Assembly: GCF_045641405.1 (NCBI RefSeq)
Contig: NZ_JAZUGX010000001.1
Location: forward strand, 41,233 to 105,232
Direction: 5' to 3'
Length of the DNA: 64,000 nt
From: Treponema sp.
GTDB lineage: Bacteria > Spirochaetota > Spirochaetia > Treponematales > Treponemataceae
The position numbers were made by a program, and so were the translations under genes. Shown in pieces: positions 47,596 through 56,794 of this stretch (position 1 is its first letter; each line of letters starts with the position of its first letter). Under the pieces are notes generated by a model. That model was given only the letters and a program-made list of their open reading frames with translations, did not search any database and was not told the DNA's origin.

Positions 47596-47613
47596 CTATC
47601 TAACTTCCTTAAT

Positions 47614-48924
47614 TTACAATCTGAATCTTGCGGCTCTTGCATGTCCTGCAAGTCCTTCTGCATCACCAAGAATTCCTGCTGCCTTTGCAGAATTTGCAGG
47701 ACCTTCCTTTGCAGCATCAGTACGCAAAGTTGTAACAGTCTTTAAGAATACACGAACGCTCAAACCACCAGTAAATCTTGCGCTGCCACTTGTAGGCAAT
47801 GTGTGGTTCAATCCTGCTGCATAGTCACCGAATACTTCCGCTGCACCGTGGCCGATGAAAAGTGAACCGTAATTGTGAACAAGGCTTTCAATTTTGTCAC
47901 GAACAGCACCTGCTTCCATTGCAAGCTCAAGATGTTCTGGAGCCTTTCTGTTTGCAAGCTCGGCTGCTTCTTCAAGGGAAGAACAAACTATGATTCTTCC
48001 GTAGCTGTCGATGCTCTGACGGGCAATCTTTGCAGTCTCAAGAGTTTCAAGCTGCTTTTCAATTTCTTCAGAAACACGCTTTGCAAGGTTTTCATCAGTA
48101 AGGGCAAGGACGGGCTGAGCTACAATGTCGTGTTCTGCCTGAGCAAGCAGATCTGCTGCAACCCATTCAGGATTTGCACTTTCATCTGCAATGATGAAAA
48201 CTTCTGTAGGACCTGCAACCATATCGATGCCAACAGTTCCGTAAACAAGTTTCTTTGCTTCCGCAACGAATTTATTTCCAGGTCCAACGATTACATCTAC
48301 TGCAGGAATTGATTCTGTTCCAAATGCCATTGCTCCGATAGCCTGAGAACCACCGCAGGCAAAAGCTTTTGTAACACCGCAGATGTAGGCAGCAGCCATG
48401 ATGTTTTCATCGGCATAAGCCTTATCTTCTCCAGACGGATGTTTTCTTGGAGGAGTACAGAGAATGATTTCCTTTACGCCCGCAGCAACGGCAGGAGCAA
48501 CCGTCATAACCATTGTAGAAACCAATGGGAATCTACCCGCAGGAACATAAACACCTGCACGGTCAACGGCAATATTTTTCTGTCCTGTAAAAAGTCCAGG
48601 TTCAAGTTCAACTTCAAAGTCATCAAAGGATTCACGCTGTTTTTTTGCAAAACGAACTGCAAGGTCACGGCTGTAGCAAAGAGCATGATAGAGATCAGGA
48701 TTTTCTTTCTGCATTTTTTCCGCAGCAGCCTTAAGTTCTGCCTGAGGAATTTCCAATGCAGATGGTGAGGCAACATCAAACTGCTTTGAGTATTTTTGTA
48801 CGGCTGCATCACCGTTTGCACGCACATCATTCAAAACATCGCGGACAACATCGATAGAAGAACCAAAGTCTCTGCCGCCAAAAAATGCGTTTTCAATTTC
48901 TGATGCTTTCTGAATTCTGATCAT
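47614..48924 (-). CDS. hisD: Histidinol dehydrogenase
   Basis: GVYVPAG, GPGNKFV, AGPTE, QAEHD, APEHL, NHTLPT. Confidence 0.96.
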   Translation of the reverse strand: MIRIQKASEIENAFFGGRDFGSSIDVVRDVLNDVRANGDAAVQKYSKQFDVASPSALEIPQAELKAAAEKMQKENPDLYHALCYSRDLAVRFAKKQRESFDDFEVELEPGLFTGQKNIAVDRAGVYVPAGRFPLVSTMVMTVAPAVAAGVKEIILCTPPRKHPSGEDKAYADENIMAAAYICGVTKAFACGGSQAIGAMAFGTESIPAVDVIVGPGNKFVAEAKKLVYGTVGIDMVAGPTEVFIIADESANPEWVAADLLAQAEHDIVAQPVLALTDENLAKRVSEEIEKQLETLETAKIARQSIDSYGRIIVCSSLEEAAELANRKAPEHLELAMEAGAVRDKIESLVHNYGSLFIGHGAAEVFGDYAAGLNHTLPTSGSARFTGGLSVRVFLKTVTTLRTDAAKEGPANSAKAAGILGDAEGLAGHARAARFRL

Positions 48925-48946
48925 CTTGAAGACCCCATTTTAAAAT

Positions 48947-48981
48947 AAAAAAAGAACACCCAGAAAAGCCTGGATATTCTT
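48947..48981 (-). terminator. Terminator-like hairpin plus T7 between pepT and hisD
   Basis: Minus strand AAGAATATCCAGG-CTTT-TCTGGGTGTTCTT then further Ts; three G.U pairs. Confidence 0.55.
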
Positions 48982-48983
48982 TT

Positions 48984-49012
48984 ATTTTACCAAAAATAAT
49001 GGATGTTTACAA
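48984..49012 (-). promoter_or_regulatory. Sigma70 promoter upstream of hisD-def-fmt-PASTA
   Basis: TTGTAA (49012-49007) - 17 nt - TAAAAT (48989-48984), preceded by TGG (extended -10). Confidence 0.55.
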
Positions 49013-49049
49013 TTAAAGGACTTATATACAGTCCAGCATATTTCCCGGT

Positions 49050-50201
49050 CTACGCCTTTACAAGATTGATTAAAACTTCAGCCGCTTTTTCCATTTCATT
49101 CAGGCTAGCCCATTCGTCACGGCTGTGGAAATTGTGACCGCCCGTAAAGATGTTTGGAGTTGGAATTCCCATTTCTGTAAGGCGGCTTCCGTCAGTTCCA
49201 CCGCGGATAGGAACAAATTTTGGTTCTATTCCTGCAGCCTTATATGCGGCGACAAGATTTGAGACAACCTCTGGGGCTTCATCCATCTTTTCCTTCATGT
49301 TGAGATACTGCTGGGTATGGGTAACCTTTACCATTCCCCCAAAAGATGCAGCCGTACTGCGGGCAAGCATTTCAACTATTTCACGGCGGTTTTCCATTTC
49401 CTTAAGATCAAAATCCCTTAGGAAAAGAACAACCTTTGCTTTTTCTATGGAACCTTCAATGCTCATGGGTGCATAGAATCCCTGATATCCGTCTGTAGTT
49501 TCAGGACGCTCGCCATGAGGAAGGCTGTTAAGGAAAGCGGCTGCCATACTTGCGGCATTCACCATCACACCGCGGGCAGTTCCCGTATGACAGGCAACAC
49601 CTGTAAATTCAATTTCAGATTTCCAGGCATTAAAGCATTCAACCTCAAGCTCTCCAAGAGAGCCACCATCCACAGTATATGCACACTTTGATTTCAAAAG
49701 TTCAAGAGGAACCTTGTCCATGCCGTGACCAGTTTCTTCATCAGGACTGAAGATAACTTCAATGCCGCAATGCTTTGCTTCAGGATGATCTACATAGTAT
49801 TCAATGGTTGTCATGATTTCAGCAACGCCAGCCTTGTCATCTGCACCAAGTAAAGTATTTCCGTCTGTGCGGATTATTACATCACCGTCTTCTTCTGAAA
49901 TCTGTGGATTAACATTGAGGCCGCTGACCTCATCGACTGTATCAATGTGCGCAAGAAGACAGATGCTTTTTTCACTTCCGTTGTTTGCAGGAAGAAAACC
50001 ATAGGTATAGCAATATTCAGTTGTCTGAACATTCTGCAAGCCAAGATTTTTAAGTTCTTCGCACAAAACCTTTGCCATTTCAAACTGCTGCGGTGTACTT
50101 GGCATCACGCCTTCGTCAGCCTTAACACTGTCACTCTGGCTATAGGTTCTGACATATTTGATAAAACGCTCAAGGAGCTTGTCTTTAATTTCTGAATTCA
50201 T
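49050..50201 (-). CDS. pepT: Peptidase T (tripeptide aminopeptidase, M20B)
   Basis: AHIDT, LGADDKAG, PDEETG, YTVDG, RGGTDG, NFHS. Confidence 0.95.
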   Translation of the reverse strand: MNSEIKDKLLERFIKYVRTYSQSDSVKADEGVMPSTPQQFEMAKVLCEELKNLGLQNVQTTEYCYTYGFLPANNGSEKSICLLAHIDTVDEVSGLNVNPQISEEDGDVIIRTDGNTLLGADDKAGVAEIMTTIEYYVDHPEAKHCGIEVIFSPDEETGHGMDKVPLELLKSKCAYTVDGGSLGELEVECFNAWKSEIEFTGVACHTGTARGVMVNAASMAAAFLNSLPHGERPETTDGYQGFYAPMSIEGSIEKAKVVLFLRDFDLKEMENRREIVEMLARSTAASFGGMVKVTHTQQYLNMKEKMDEAPEVVSNLVAAYKAAGIEPKFVPIRGGTDGSRLTEMGIPTPNIFTGGHNFHSRDEWASLNEMEKAAEVLINLVKA

Positions 50202-50272
50202 GGTTCAAATGATAAACCATTTTCGCGGATTACGGTAGTGCAATTGCATTCAATTCAGGCAGAGAAAATTCA

Positions 50273-51082
50273 TCAGACGATTTTTTGAATTTCCTTCAGG
50301 TAGCTTTCTGCATACCAGTATGAACTTTCATTGAGTATCTTCAAGGCTTCATCCCTTTGGAAAACCTTTCTGTAGGATCTTTTGCTTGTAAGGGAGACAA
50401 AGGTTTCTGAAACACGGATCATCTGGGCTATCTTTGGAATTTCTTCATCATGAAGGCCTTCAGGATAACCACTGCCGTTGTAGTTTTCGTGATGGAACAT
50501 GGCCGCATCAAAAAAGACAGAACGTATATCCTCTGGAACAAAAAGAAGATGCTCATAGCTATTCATGATGTGGGCGCGCAAAAGCTTTCTTTCCTTTGCA
50601 GAAAGAACCTCAGTATGAAAGTAAACTGCATTCACATCGAGAAAGCCTACGTCATAGACCATGGCGGCACAGGTATAGAGAATTGAAGTCTCCTTGTCCA
50701 ATCCAAGGTCGCAGCACATTTTCCATATAATCTGACTTACGCTTTTTGAATTGTTTTTTCTGTTGGTGTGAAAATCAATTTTTGCGCCAAGTATAACACA
50801 TTGGAGGATAAGGTCACGAAGCATCTTTTTTCTTGCATCATCCGCATCCAGTTTTTCAATGCTGTTGAGCGCATCAAGATTCTTGATGTAGCGTTCGGAC
50901 TTATGCCTGATGTAGAACCTTACAACCACATAGGACAAAACAAAAATTCCCAGGAAGGAGAACACAGCAATGCTGAAATATTTGAAGATAGTGATGAATG
51001 TGGAAACAGGAACACCAGGAAAAAGATCCATCAAAAACGGAAGGACTTCCCTGGCTATCTCATCTTTCTCGCTCATTGGCAA
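50273..51082 (-). CDS. Membrane-anchored degenerate HD-GYP-domain protein
   Basis: N-terminal TM; HHENYNGSGYP kept, but HD is replaced by YD (VYDVG) and the upstream metal His by N. Confidence 0.8.
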   Translation of the reverse strand: MPMSEKDEIAREVLPFLMDLFPGVPVSTFITIFKYFSIAVFSFLGIFVLSYVVVRFYIRHKSERYIKNLDALNSIEKLDADDARKKMLRDLILQCVILGAKIDFHTNRKNNSKSVSQIIWKMCCDLGLDKETSILYTCAAMVYDVGFLDVNAVYFHTEVLSAKERKLLRAHIMNSYEHLLFVPEDIRSVFFDAAMFHHENYNGSGYPEGLHDEEIPKIAQMIRVSETFVSLTSKRSYRKVFQRDEALKILNESSYWYAESYLKEIQKIV

Positions 51083-51094
51083 TTCCAGACTGCA

Positions 51095-51838
51095 CTAGTT
51101 GCGCCAGGCGTCATATTTTTCGCACTCAAGGATTTCCTTCGCCTTCTTTACGCTTTCGGCACTAGGGCTTTCAAGATCCTTGAGCTCATATTCAATTCCA
51201 AGATCCTTATACTTTACTGCACCAAGACCATGATATGGAAGAACTTCAACACGCTGAACGTTTGAAAGGGTGCGGATGAAGTCGCGGGTCTTGATAAGGT
51301 ATTCTTCCTTGTCTGTAATTCCAGGAACAAGAACGTGGCGGATCCAGATCGGCTTTTTGATTTCATCAAGGTAGGCAAACATCTCGCGGATGTTCTTTCC
51401 GCTCTGCCCCGTAAGCTTTACATGCTCGTCTTCATCTATGTGCTTGATGTCCATAAGAAGAATGTCAGTCACATCCATAAGCTTCTGGAATTTTTCAAAC
51501 CACTCTCCTTCCTTTTTGAAAGGTGCACCGCTTGTATCGATGCAGGTGTTGATTCCACGCTGCTTTGCCTTTGTAAAAAGTTCAAGAAGAAAATCCAGCT
51601 GGAACAAGGGCTCGCCACCGCTTACGGTAATTCCGCCTTTGCTGCCCCAGTAGCTCTTGCAGCTTTCAGCCTCATCAAGAAGCTGGTCTGCAGTGTAATC
51701 CTTTCCGTCGGCAAGGTTCCATGAGTCAGGATTGTGGCAATACTTGCAGCGGAGCGGACAACCTGCAAAAAAGATGATGAAACGAACGCCTGGTCCGTCT
51801 ACGCTGCCGAATGATTCAAGCTGAAATACTTTACCCAT
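51095..51838 (-). CDS. pflA: Pyruvate formate-lyase activating enzyme (radical SAM)
   Basis: GSVDGPGVRF, GCPLRCKYCHNPD, SGGEPL, LPYH. Confidence 0.97.
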   Translation of the reverse strand: MGKVFQLESFGSVDGPGVRFIIFFAGCPLRCKYCHNPDSWNLADGKDYTADQLLDEAESCKSYWGSKGGITVSGGEPLFQLDFLLELFTKAKQRGINTCIDTSGAPFKKEGEWFEKFQKLMDVTDILLMDIKHIDEDEHVKLTGQSGKNIREMFAYLDEIKKPIWIRHVLVPGITDKEEYLIKTRDFIRTLSNVQRVEVLPYHGLGAVKYKDLGIEYELKDLESPSAESVKKAKEILECEKYDAWRN

Positions 51839-51867
51839 GGTAAGACCTCCGTTTTATAAGTATAAAT

Positions 51868-51911
51868 AAAAAACAAAACCCTGGCAAATGAACAAGTCAT
51901 AAGCCAGGGTT
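51868..51911 (-). terminator. Intrinsic terminator between pflB and pflA
   Basis: Arms AACCCTGGC (51877-51885) / GCCAGGGTT (51903-51911) with an inner ATGA/TCAT stem; followed by TTGTTTTTT on the minus strand. Confidence 0.75.
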
Positions 51912-51943
51912 AATTATGCATTATGAATTATGCATTATGAATT
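51912..51943. repeat. Heptamer tandem array AATT(ATGCATT ATGAATT)x2 starting at the pflB stop codon
   Basis: Read directly: aatt atgcatt atgaatt atgcatt atgaatt. Confidence 0.85.
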
Positions 51944-54254
51944 ACAAAGAAGCATGGCATGTACGAGCGATAACGTCGTCCTGCTGTTCCTTTGTAAGGT
52001 TGATGAAGCGTACTGCATAACCTGAAACGCGAACTGTGAAGTTTGCATATTCTGGCTTTTCAGGATGAGCCTGGCAGTCCTTGAGCTTTTCAACACCGAA
52101 TACGTTAACGTTAAGGTGATGTGGTCCCTTAGAGAAGTAACCGTCAAGAACGTTAACAAGGTTTTCAACTCTTTCAGCTTCATCGTGTCCGAGAGCAGAA
52201 GGGTTGATTGTCTGTGTGTTAGAGATACCATCAAGAGCGTACTTGTATGGAACCTTAGCAACAGAGTTGAGGGACTTTACGAGACCCTTTGTTTCTGCAC
52301 CGTAAGATGGGTTAGCACCTGGTGAGAATGGTTCTCCAGCCTTGCGTCCGTCTGGCAATGAACCTGTAGCCTTTCCGTATACAACGTTTGATGTGATTGT
52401 AAGGATAGATGTAGAAGGTTCTGCATTGCGGTATGTTGGGTGCTTTGCAATCTTTGCCATGAATGTCTTGAGGAGCCATACTGCAATTTCGTCAGCTCTG
52501 TCGTCATCCTGACCGTAGCGTGGGAAGTCGCCTTCGATAACGAAGTCCTTTGCCATATCCTTTGCTACACCGATAACTTCACCAGTCTTCTTATTCTTGA
52601 TTTCAACATCTTCACGGATAACCTTAACCTTTGCGTATTTGATAGCACAAAGTGAGTCAACAACGTGAGAGAAACCTGCGATACCAGTTGCAAATGTTCT
52701 CTTAACGTTTGTGTCTTCGAGAGCAAGTTCAGCTGCTTCGTAGTAGTACTTATCGTGCATGTAGTGGATTGCGTTCAATGTGTTTACATAGAGGTCAGCA
52801 AGCCATTCAAGCATTGCGTCGTACTTGCGTACAACTTCATTGTAGTCAAGGTATTCAGATGTGATTGGTGCCATTTCTGGTCCAACCTGTGCACCTGGTG
52901 TAAGACCTGCTGCTTCGTCGCGTCCACCGTTGATGGCGTAAAGAAGAGCCTTAGCAAGGTTAGCGCGAGCACCGAAGAACTGCATTTCCTTACCTGTCTG
53001 TGTTGCAGAAACACAACAGCAGATTGAGTAGTCATCACCCCAGATTGGGCGCATGAGTTCGTCGTTTTCGTACTGGATAGAAGATGTATCGATAGAAATC
53101 TTTGCACAGTAGTCGCGGAAAATCTTTGGAAGTCTCTTTGAGTAGAGAACTGTCATGTTTGGCTCTGGAGAAGGAGACATGTTTTCGAGTGTGTGGAGGA
53201 AGCGGTAGTCGTTCTTTGTTACCATGTGGCGACCATCCTGTCCAAGTCCACCAACTTCGAGTGTTGCCCATACTGGGTCACCAGAGAAGAGCTGGTTGTA
53301 AGAAGCGATACGAGCAAAGCGTACCATGCGGAACTTCATTACCATGTGGTCAACAAGTTCCTGTGCCTTTGTTTCGTCGAGGATTCCCTTCTTGATATCG
53401 CGTTCGATGTAGATGTCGAGGAATGTAGAGATACGTCCTACAGACATTGCAGCACCGTTCTGTGTCTTGATTGCAGCAAGGTATCCGAAGTAGAGCCACT
53501 GGAATGCTTCCTTAGCTGTTGTAGCAGGCTTAGAAATATCGAATCCGTAAGCTGCTGCCATTTCCTTCATCTGCTTGAGGCACTTGATCTGTTCAGAAAC
53601 TTCTTCGCGGAGGCGGATAACTTCTTCAGTCATTGTTCCGTTTCCAACGCTAGCCTTGTCAGCTTCCTTTGCCTTGATGAGGTAATCGATACCGTAAAGT
53701 GCTACACGGCGGTAGTCACCAACGATACGTCCGCGTCCGTATGTATCAGGCAAACCTGTCAAAAGGTGTGCTGAACGAGCCTTGCGGATCTCTGGAGTGT
53801 ATACATCAAATACAGCGTCGTTGTGTGTCTTGTGGTACTTTGTGAAGATTTCCTTGAGCTTTGGAGAAACTTCATATCCGTACATTTCGCATGACTGAAC
53901 AGCCATGTTGATTCCACCATAAGGCATGAAAGCGCGCTTGAGAGGCTTGTCTGTCTGGAGACCTACAACCTGTTCAAGATTCTTTCCTTCTGCGCAGATG
54001 TATCCTGGTTCATGTGCTGTGATACCTGTAACAACATCTGTGTCCATATCAAGAACACCGTTCTTGTCGTGTTCTGCCTTCTGGAGCTTCATAAGTTCAT
54101 TGAAGAGCTTTGTTGTAGCTTCTGTTGGTCCTGCCAGGAACTTTGCATCACCATCATAAGGTGTGTAGTTAGCCTGGATAAAGTCGCGAACGTTAACTTC
54201 GCTTGTCCACAAACCGTCAGGATTAAATCCTTCCCATTCTGGTCTCATTTCCAT
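51942..54254 (-). CDS. pflB: Pyruvate formate-lyase (formate C-acetyltransferase)
   Basis: [17 protein letters not shown], active-site ICCCVS, glycyl-radical loop TVRVSGYAV. Confidence 0.98.
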   Translation of the reverse strand: MEMRPEWEGFNPDGLWTSEVNVRDFIQANYTPYDGDAKFLAGPTEATTKLFNELMKLQKAEHDKNGVLDMDTDVVTGITAHEPGYICAEGKNLEQVVGLQTDKPLKRAFMPYGGINMAVQSCEMYGYEVSPKLKEIFTKYHKTHNDAVFDVYTPEIRKARSAHLLTGLPDTYGRGRIVGDYRRVALYGIDYLIKAKEADKASVGNGTMTEEVIRLREEVSEQIKCLKQMKEMAAAYGFDISKPATTAKEAFQWLYFGYLAAIKTQNGAAMSVGRISTFLDIYIERDIKKGILDETKAQELVDHMVMKFRMVRFARIASYNQLFSGDPVWATLEVGGLGQDGRHMVTKNDYRFLHTLENMSPSPEPNMTVLYSKRLPKIFRDYCAKISIDTSSIQYENDELMRPIWGDDYSICCCVSATQTGKEMQFFGARANLAKALLYAINGGRDEAAGLTPGAQVGPEMAPITSEYLDYNEVVRKYDAMLEWLADLYVNTLNAIHYMHDKYYYEAAELALEDTNVKRTFATGIAGFSHVVDSLCAIKYAKVKVIREDVEIKNKKTGEVIGVAKDMAKDFVIEGDFPRYGQDDDRADEIAVWLLKTFMAKIAKHPTYRNAEPSTSILTITSNVVYGKATGSLPDGRKAGEPFSPGANPSYGAETKGLVKSLNSVAKVPYKYALDGISNTQTINPSALGHDEAERVENLVNVLDGYFSKGPHHLNVNVFGVEKLKDCQAHPEKPEYANFTVRVSGYAVRFINLTKEQQDDVIARTCHASL

Positions 54255-54313
54255 AGTTAAAACCTCTTTGTATTTGTTGGCCGCAAAAATCTACGGCAAG
54301 AATCTCTGCGAAG

Positions 54314-54422
54314 ATTATAATCTATAGAAAAGAACTTTTCAATAAATTATAGCCAGTCTTGTAATAATTATTTTTGTAATCATTACAATTATGAATATAT
54401 TACAATAATTCTCATTTGTCAA
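54314..54422 (-). promoter_or_regulatory. Tandem sigma70 promoters and a 7-1-7 operator array upstream of pflB
   Basis: TTGAAA (54342-54337) - 17 - TATAAT (54319-54314); TTGACA (54422-54417) - 17 - TATATT (54399-54394); perfect TTGTAAT-C-ATTACAA at 54374-54388 with extra half-sites at 54359 and 54399. A leader hairpin lies just downstream at 54280-54297. Confidence 0.75.
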
Positions 54423-54426
54423 CGGC

Positions 54427-54468
54427 AATTCATAATTCATAATTATTAATTCCTAATTCTTAATTAAT
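54427..54468. repeat. Six degenerate tandem heptamers AATTnnT between pflB and rnhA
   Basis: AATTCAT AATTCAT AATTATT AATTCCT AATTCTT AATTAAT. Confidence 0.85.
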
Positions 54469-54484
54469 ATACTATACTTTTTCT

Positions 54485-54934
54485 ATGGAAAATTTAGTTA
54501 TTTACACAGACGGTGGATGTTCGGGAAACCCAGGACCTGGTGGATGGGGAACAGTAATCATAGACGGAACAAAAATCACAAAGCTTTCAGGCGGAGAAAG
54601 GCAGACCACAAACAACCGCATGGAACTTAGCGCCGCAATAAACGCACTGGACGCAGTTGTTAAAAACACAGACTGGAGAAACCGACATGTGGAAGTATAC
54701 AGCGACAGCCAGTATGTAAAGAACGGCATCACCTCATGGATAAAGAACTGGAAGAAAAACGGATGGAAGACAGCCGCAAAAAAACCTGTACTGAACCAGG
54801 ACCTATGGATTGCACTGGACAACCTTTACAACCAGCTGGACATCGAATGGAAATGGGTAAAGGGACACGCAGGCGTTGAATACAATGAAATCTGCGACCA
54901 GCTTTGCCGTATGGAAATGGACAAATTCCAATAA
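54485..54934 (+). CDS. rnhA: Ribonuclease HI
   Basis: YTDGGCSGNPGPGG, TNNRMEL, DSQYV, N.DLW, WVKGH, NE.CD. Confidence 0.97.
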   Translation: MENLVIYTDGGCSGNPGPGGWGTVIIDGTKITKLSGGERQTTNNRMELSAAINALDAVVKNTDWRNRHVEVYSDSQYVKNGITSWIKNWKKNGWKTAAKKPVLNQDLWIALDNLYNQLDIEWKWVKGHAGVEYNEICDQLCRMEMDKFQ

Positions 54935-55028
54935 TTCAGCCTAAAACAAAAAAAATATAAAAACTCATAATTCAGTGTTTTTAATTCCATTGTTGTGTTA
55001 TCCTTGATATTAGGAAGGATTGCAGGCA

Positions 55029-56783
55029 ATGGAACAAACCTACAATAACGACAGCATAGAATCTCTCAAGAAGCAACTGTTTTATGAATCCCAGTACCGT
55101 AAGGCGATCATTTCCGATGCAATCTGCTATTATGATGCAAACCTTACTAAGGATCTCATAGAAAAAGAAGTTTTTTATATTGATGAAGAAGGAAAGCTTT
55201 ACCCTTCCCTTAAACTGGTGGATCTTAAAGCTCCATGCAAATTTTCTGAATTCATCGATAGATGGGTAAAGAAATTCATAGATCCAGATTACGCAAGCAA
55301 GCACAAGGTGTTTTTCAACACAAAGGACTTCCTCATAGAATCCTTCAAAAATGGGAAAAAGGATTACATAATAGACTACTGGTACACCAATGACAAAGGA
55401 AAGGAGCTCTTCCTCAGCCAGAGATTTTTTCTTACCCAGAACGAAGACGGCGACATATGTACCCTGGCAGTCCTCAACAACACAACCCATGCAAAAAAGA
55501 TCGAGGAGCAGCAGCACAAGGACGAACTTGAACATTATGCCTATTACGACCCGATCACGAACGGATACAATTACATCAAGTTCCAGAAAAAATTGACGGA
55601 ACTGGGAACTCCAGGATCAATCATCTCCATTGACATCCACGCCTTTAAGATCATCAACACCATCTGTGGAATTGGAACAGGCGACAAAGTCATAAAGGCA
55701 ATATGGAACAGAATCGAAGAAGTGTTCGACTATTCCCGCGGAGAACTTGCCGCCCACATCAATGCAGACCAGTTCATCATTTTCTGCCCTACCGTAGATC
55801 AGAAAGAAATCATACCGAAACTTAAGGCAATATCCTACGCTCTCAACCTCATATCTGCAGATCTTTCCGTACCTCAGATGAAGCCGTATTTCGGAATCTC
55901 GTCATGGAATCCCAACAAGAAAATCGAAATGGCATACAGCGAGGCAGTCACGGCAAAGAACAACGCAAAGAAACTTCAGAAGTCGGAATATGCTTTCTTT
56001 GAAGAAAAGGATATGGACAGCCTGGTGCACGACGAAAGCATCATAGACGGTTTTGAGGATGCCCTTGCGCAGAATGAATTCAACATCTGGTACCAGCCTA
56101 AATACAATCCTGAATCCCACACGATGATCGGAGCCGAGGCGCTGGTCAGATGGATAAGGAATGGAAAATCATTCACTTCTCCAAGCGAGTTCATTCCTAT
56201 CTTTGAGAACAACGGTTTGATAAAAAACTTTGACCAATATATATTCAGGAAAGTGTGCGAACAGCAGAAGAAATGGCTAGACGAAGGAAAGAAGGTAGTT
56301 CCAGTTTCCATAAACCTGTCGCGCATCAGTCTGTATTACAAGGACATCGTCAGCATATATACCCACATCGTTGACACCATCGGCATCGACAAAAAATTGA
56401 TTCCAATTGAAATAACTGAGACCGCGGCTGTCACCAACAGTTCGATCATGGACATTGCAGAATCCTTCATCAAGGCAGGATTTGTGCTTCATATGGATGA
56501 CTTTGGTTCAGGCTATTCTTCCCTGTCGACATTGAACACCATGCAGTTTGAAACATGGAAGCTTGATAAAAGCCTGATTGATTTCATCGGAAACTATGGC
56601 GGTGAACGGCTCATCGTCCATATGGTCCAGCTGGCAAAAGAGCTTGGAATACATATAACTGCCGAAGGCGTTGAAACAAAAGAACAGACAGAATTCCTTT
56701 TAGGAATCGGATGCGACAGCATTCAAGGATATTTCTATTCAAAACCTCTGCCTCTCAAAGACTTCGAAGCATTCCTTGACTAG
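55029..56783 (+). CDS. EAL-domain c-di-GMP phosphodiesterase with a degenerate GGDEF domain
   Basis: GGDEF replaced by NADQF; intact YQPK, EALVRW, EITET, DDFGSGYSS, EGVET, QGYFY. The TTG at 55020 is an alternative start. Confidence 0.9.
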   Translation: MEQTYNNDSIESLKKQLFYESQYRKAIISDAICYYDANLTKDLIEKEVFYIDEEGKLYPSLKLVDLKAPCKFSEFIDRWVKKFIDPDYASKHKVFFNTKDFLIESFKNGKKDYIIDYWYTNDKGKELFLSQRFFLTQNEDGDICTLAVLNNTTHAKKIEEQQHKDELEHYAYYDPITNGYNYIKFQKKLTELGTPGSIISIDIHAFKIINTICGIGTGDKVIKAIWNRIEEVFDYSRGELAAHINADQFIIFCPTVDQKEIIPKLKAISYALNLISADLSVPQMKPYFGISSWNPNKKIEMAYSEAVTAKNNAKKLQKSEYAFFEEKDMDSLVHDESIIDGFEDALAQNEFNIWYQPKYNPESHTMIGAEALVRWIRNGKSFTSPSEFIPIFENNGLIKNFDQYIFRKVCEQQKKWLDEGKKVVPVSINLSRISLYYKDIVSIYTHIVDTIGIDKKLIPIEITETAAVTNSSIMDIAESFIKAGFVLHMDDFGSGYSSLSTLNTMQFETWKLDKSLIDFIGNYGGERLIVHMVQLAKELGIHITAEGVETKEQTEFLLGIGCDSIQGYFYSKPLPLKDFEAFLD

Positions 56784-56794
56784 GCAAGCAGGCC

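Noticed and set aside
48925-49049. Classical histidine attenuator before hisD
   Set aside because: There is no leader ORF with His codons.
50239-50248. Perfect 10-bp palindrome TGCAATTGCA upstream of pepT
   Set aside because: It is short, occurs once, and is expected by chance in 64 kb.
54255-54400. ZTP (pfl-motif) riboswitch upstream of pflB, prompted by GACTGGC on the minus strand
   Set aside because: The rest of the motif (GGTGG..CCAC..GGGAGC and the 3' GCCTGGGC pseudoknot strand) is absent.
54359-54405. Rex operator upstream of pflB
   Set aside because: Rex boxes have 7-4-7 spacing; no pair of half-sites here is 4 nt apart.
51912-54468. CRISPR array interpretation of the short repeats
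   Set aside because: The units are contiguous 7-mers with no spacers, and no cas genes are present.
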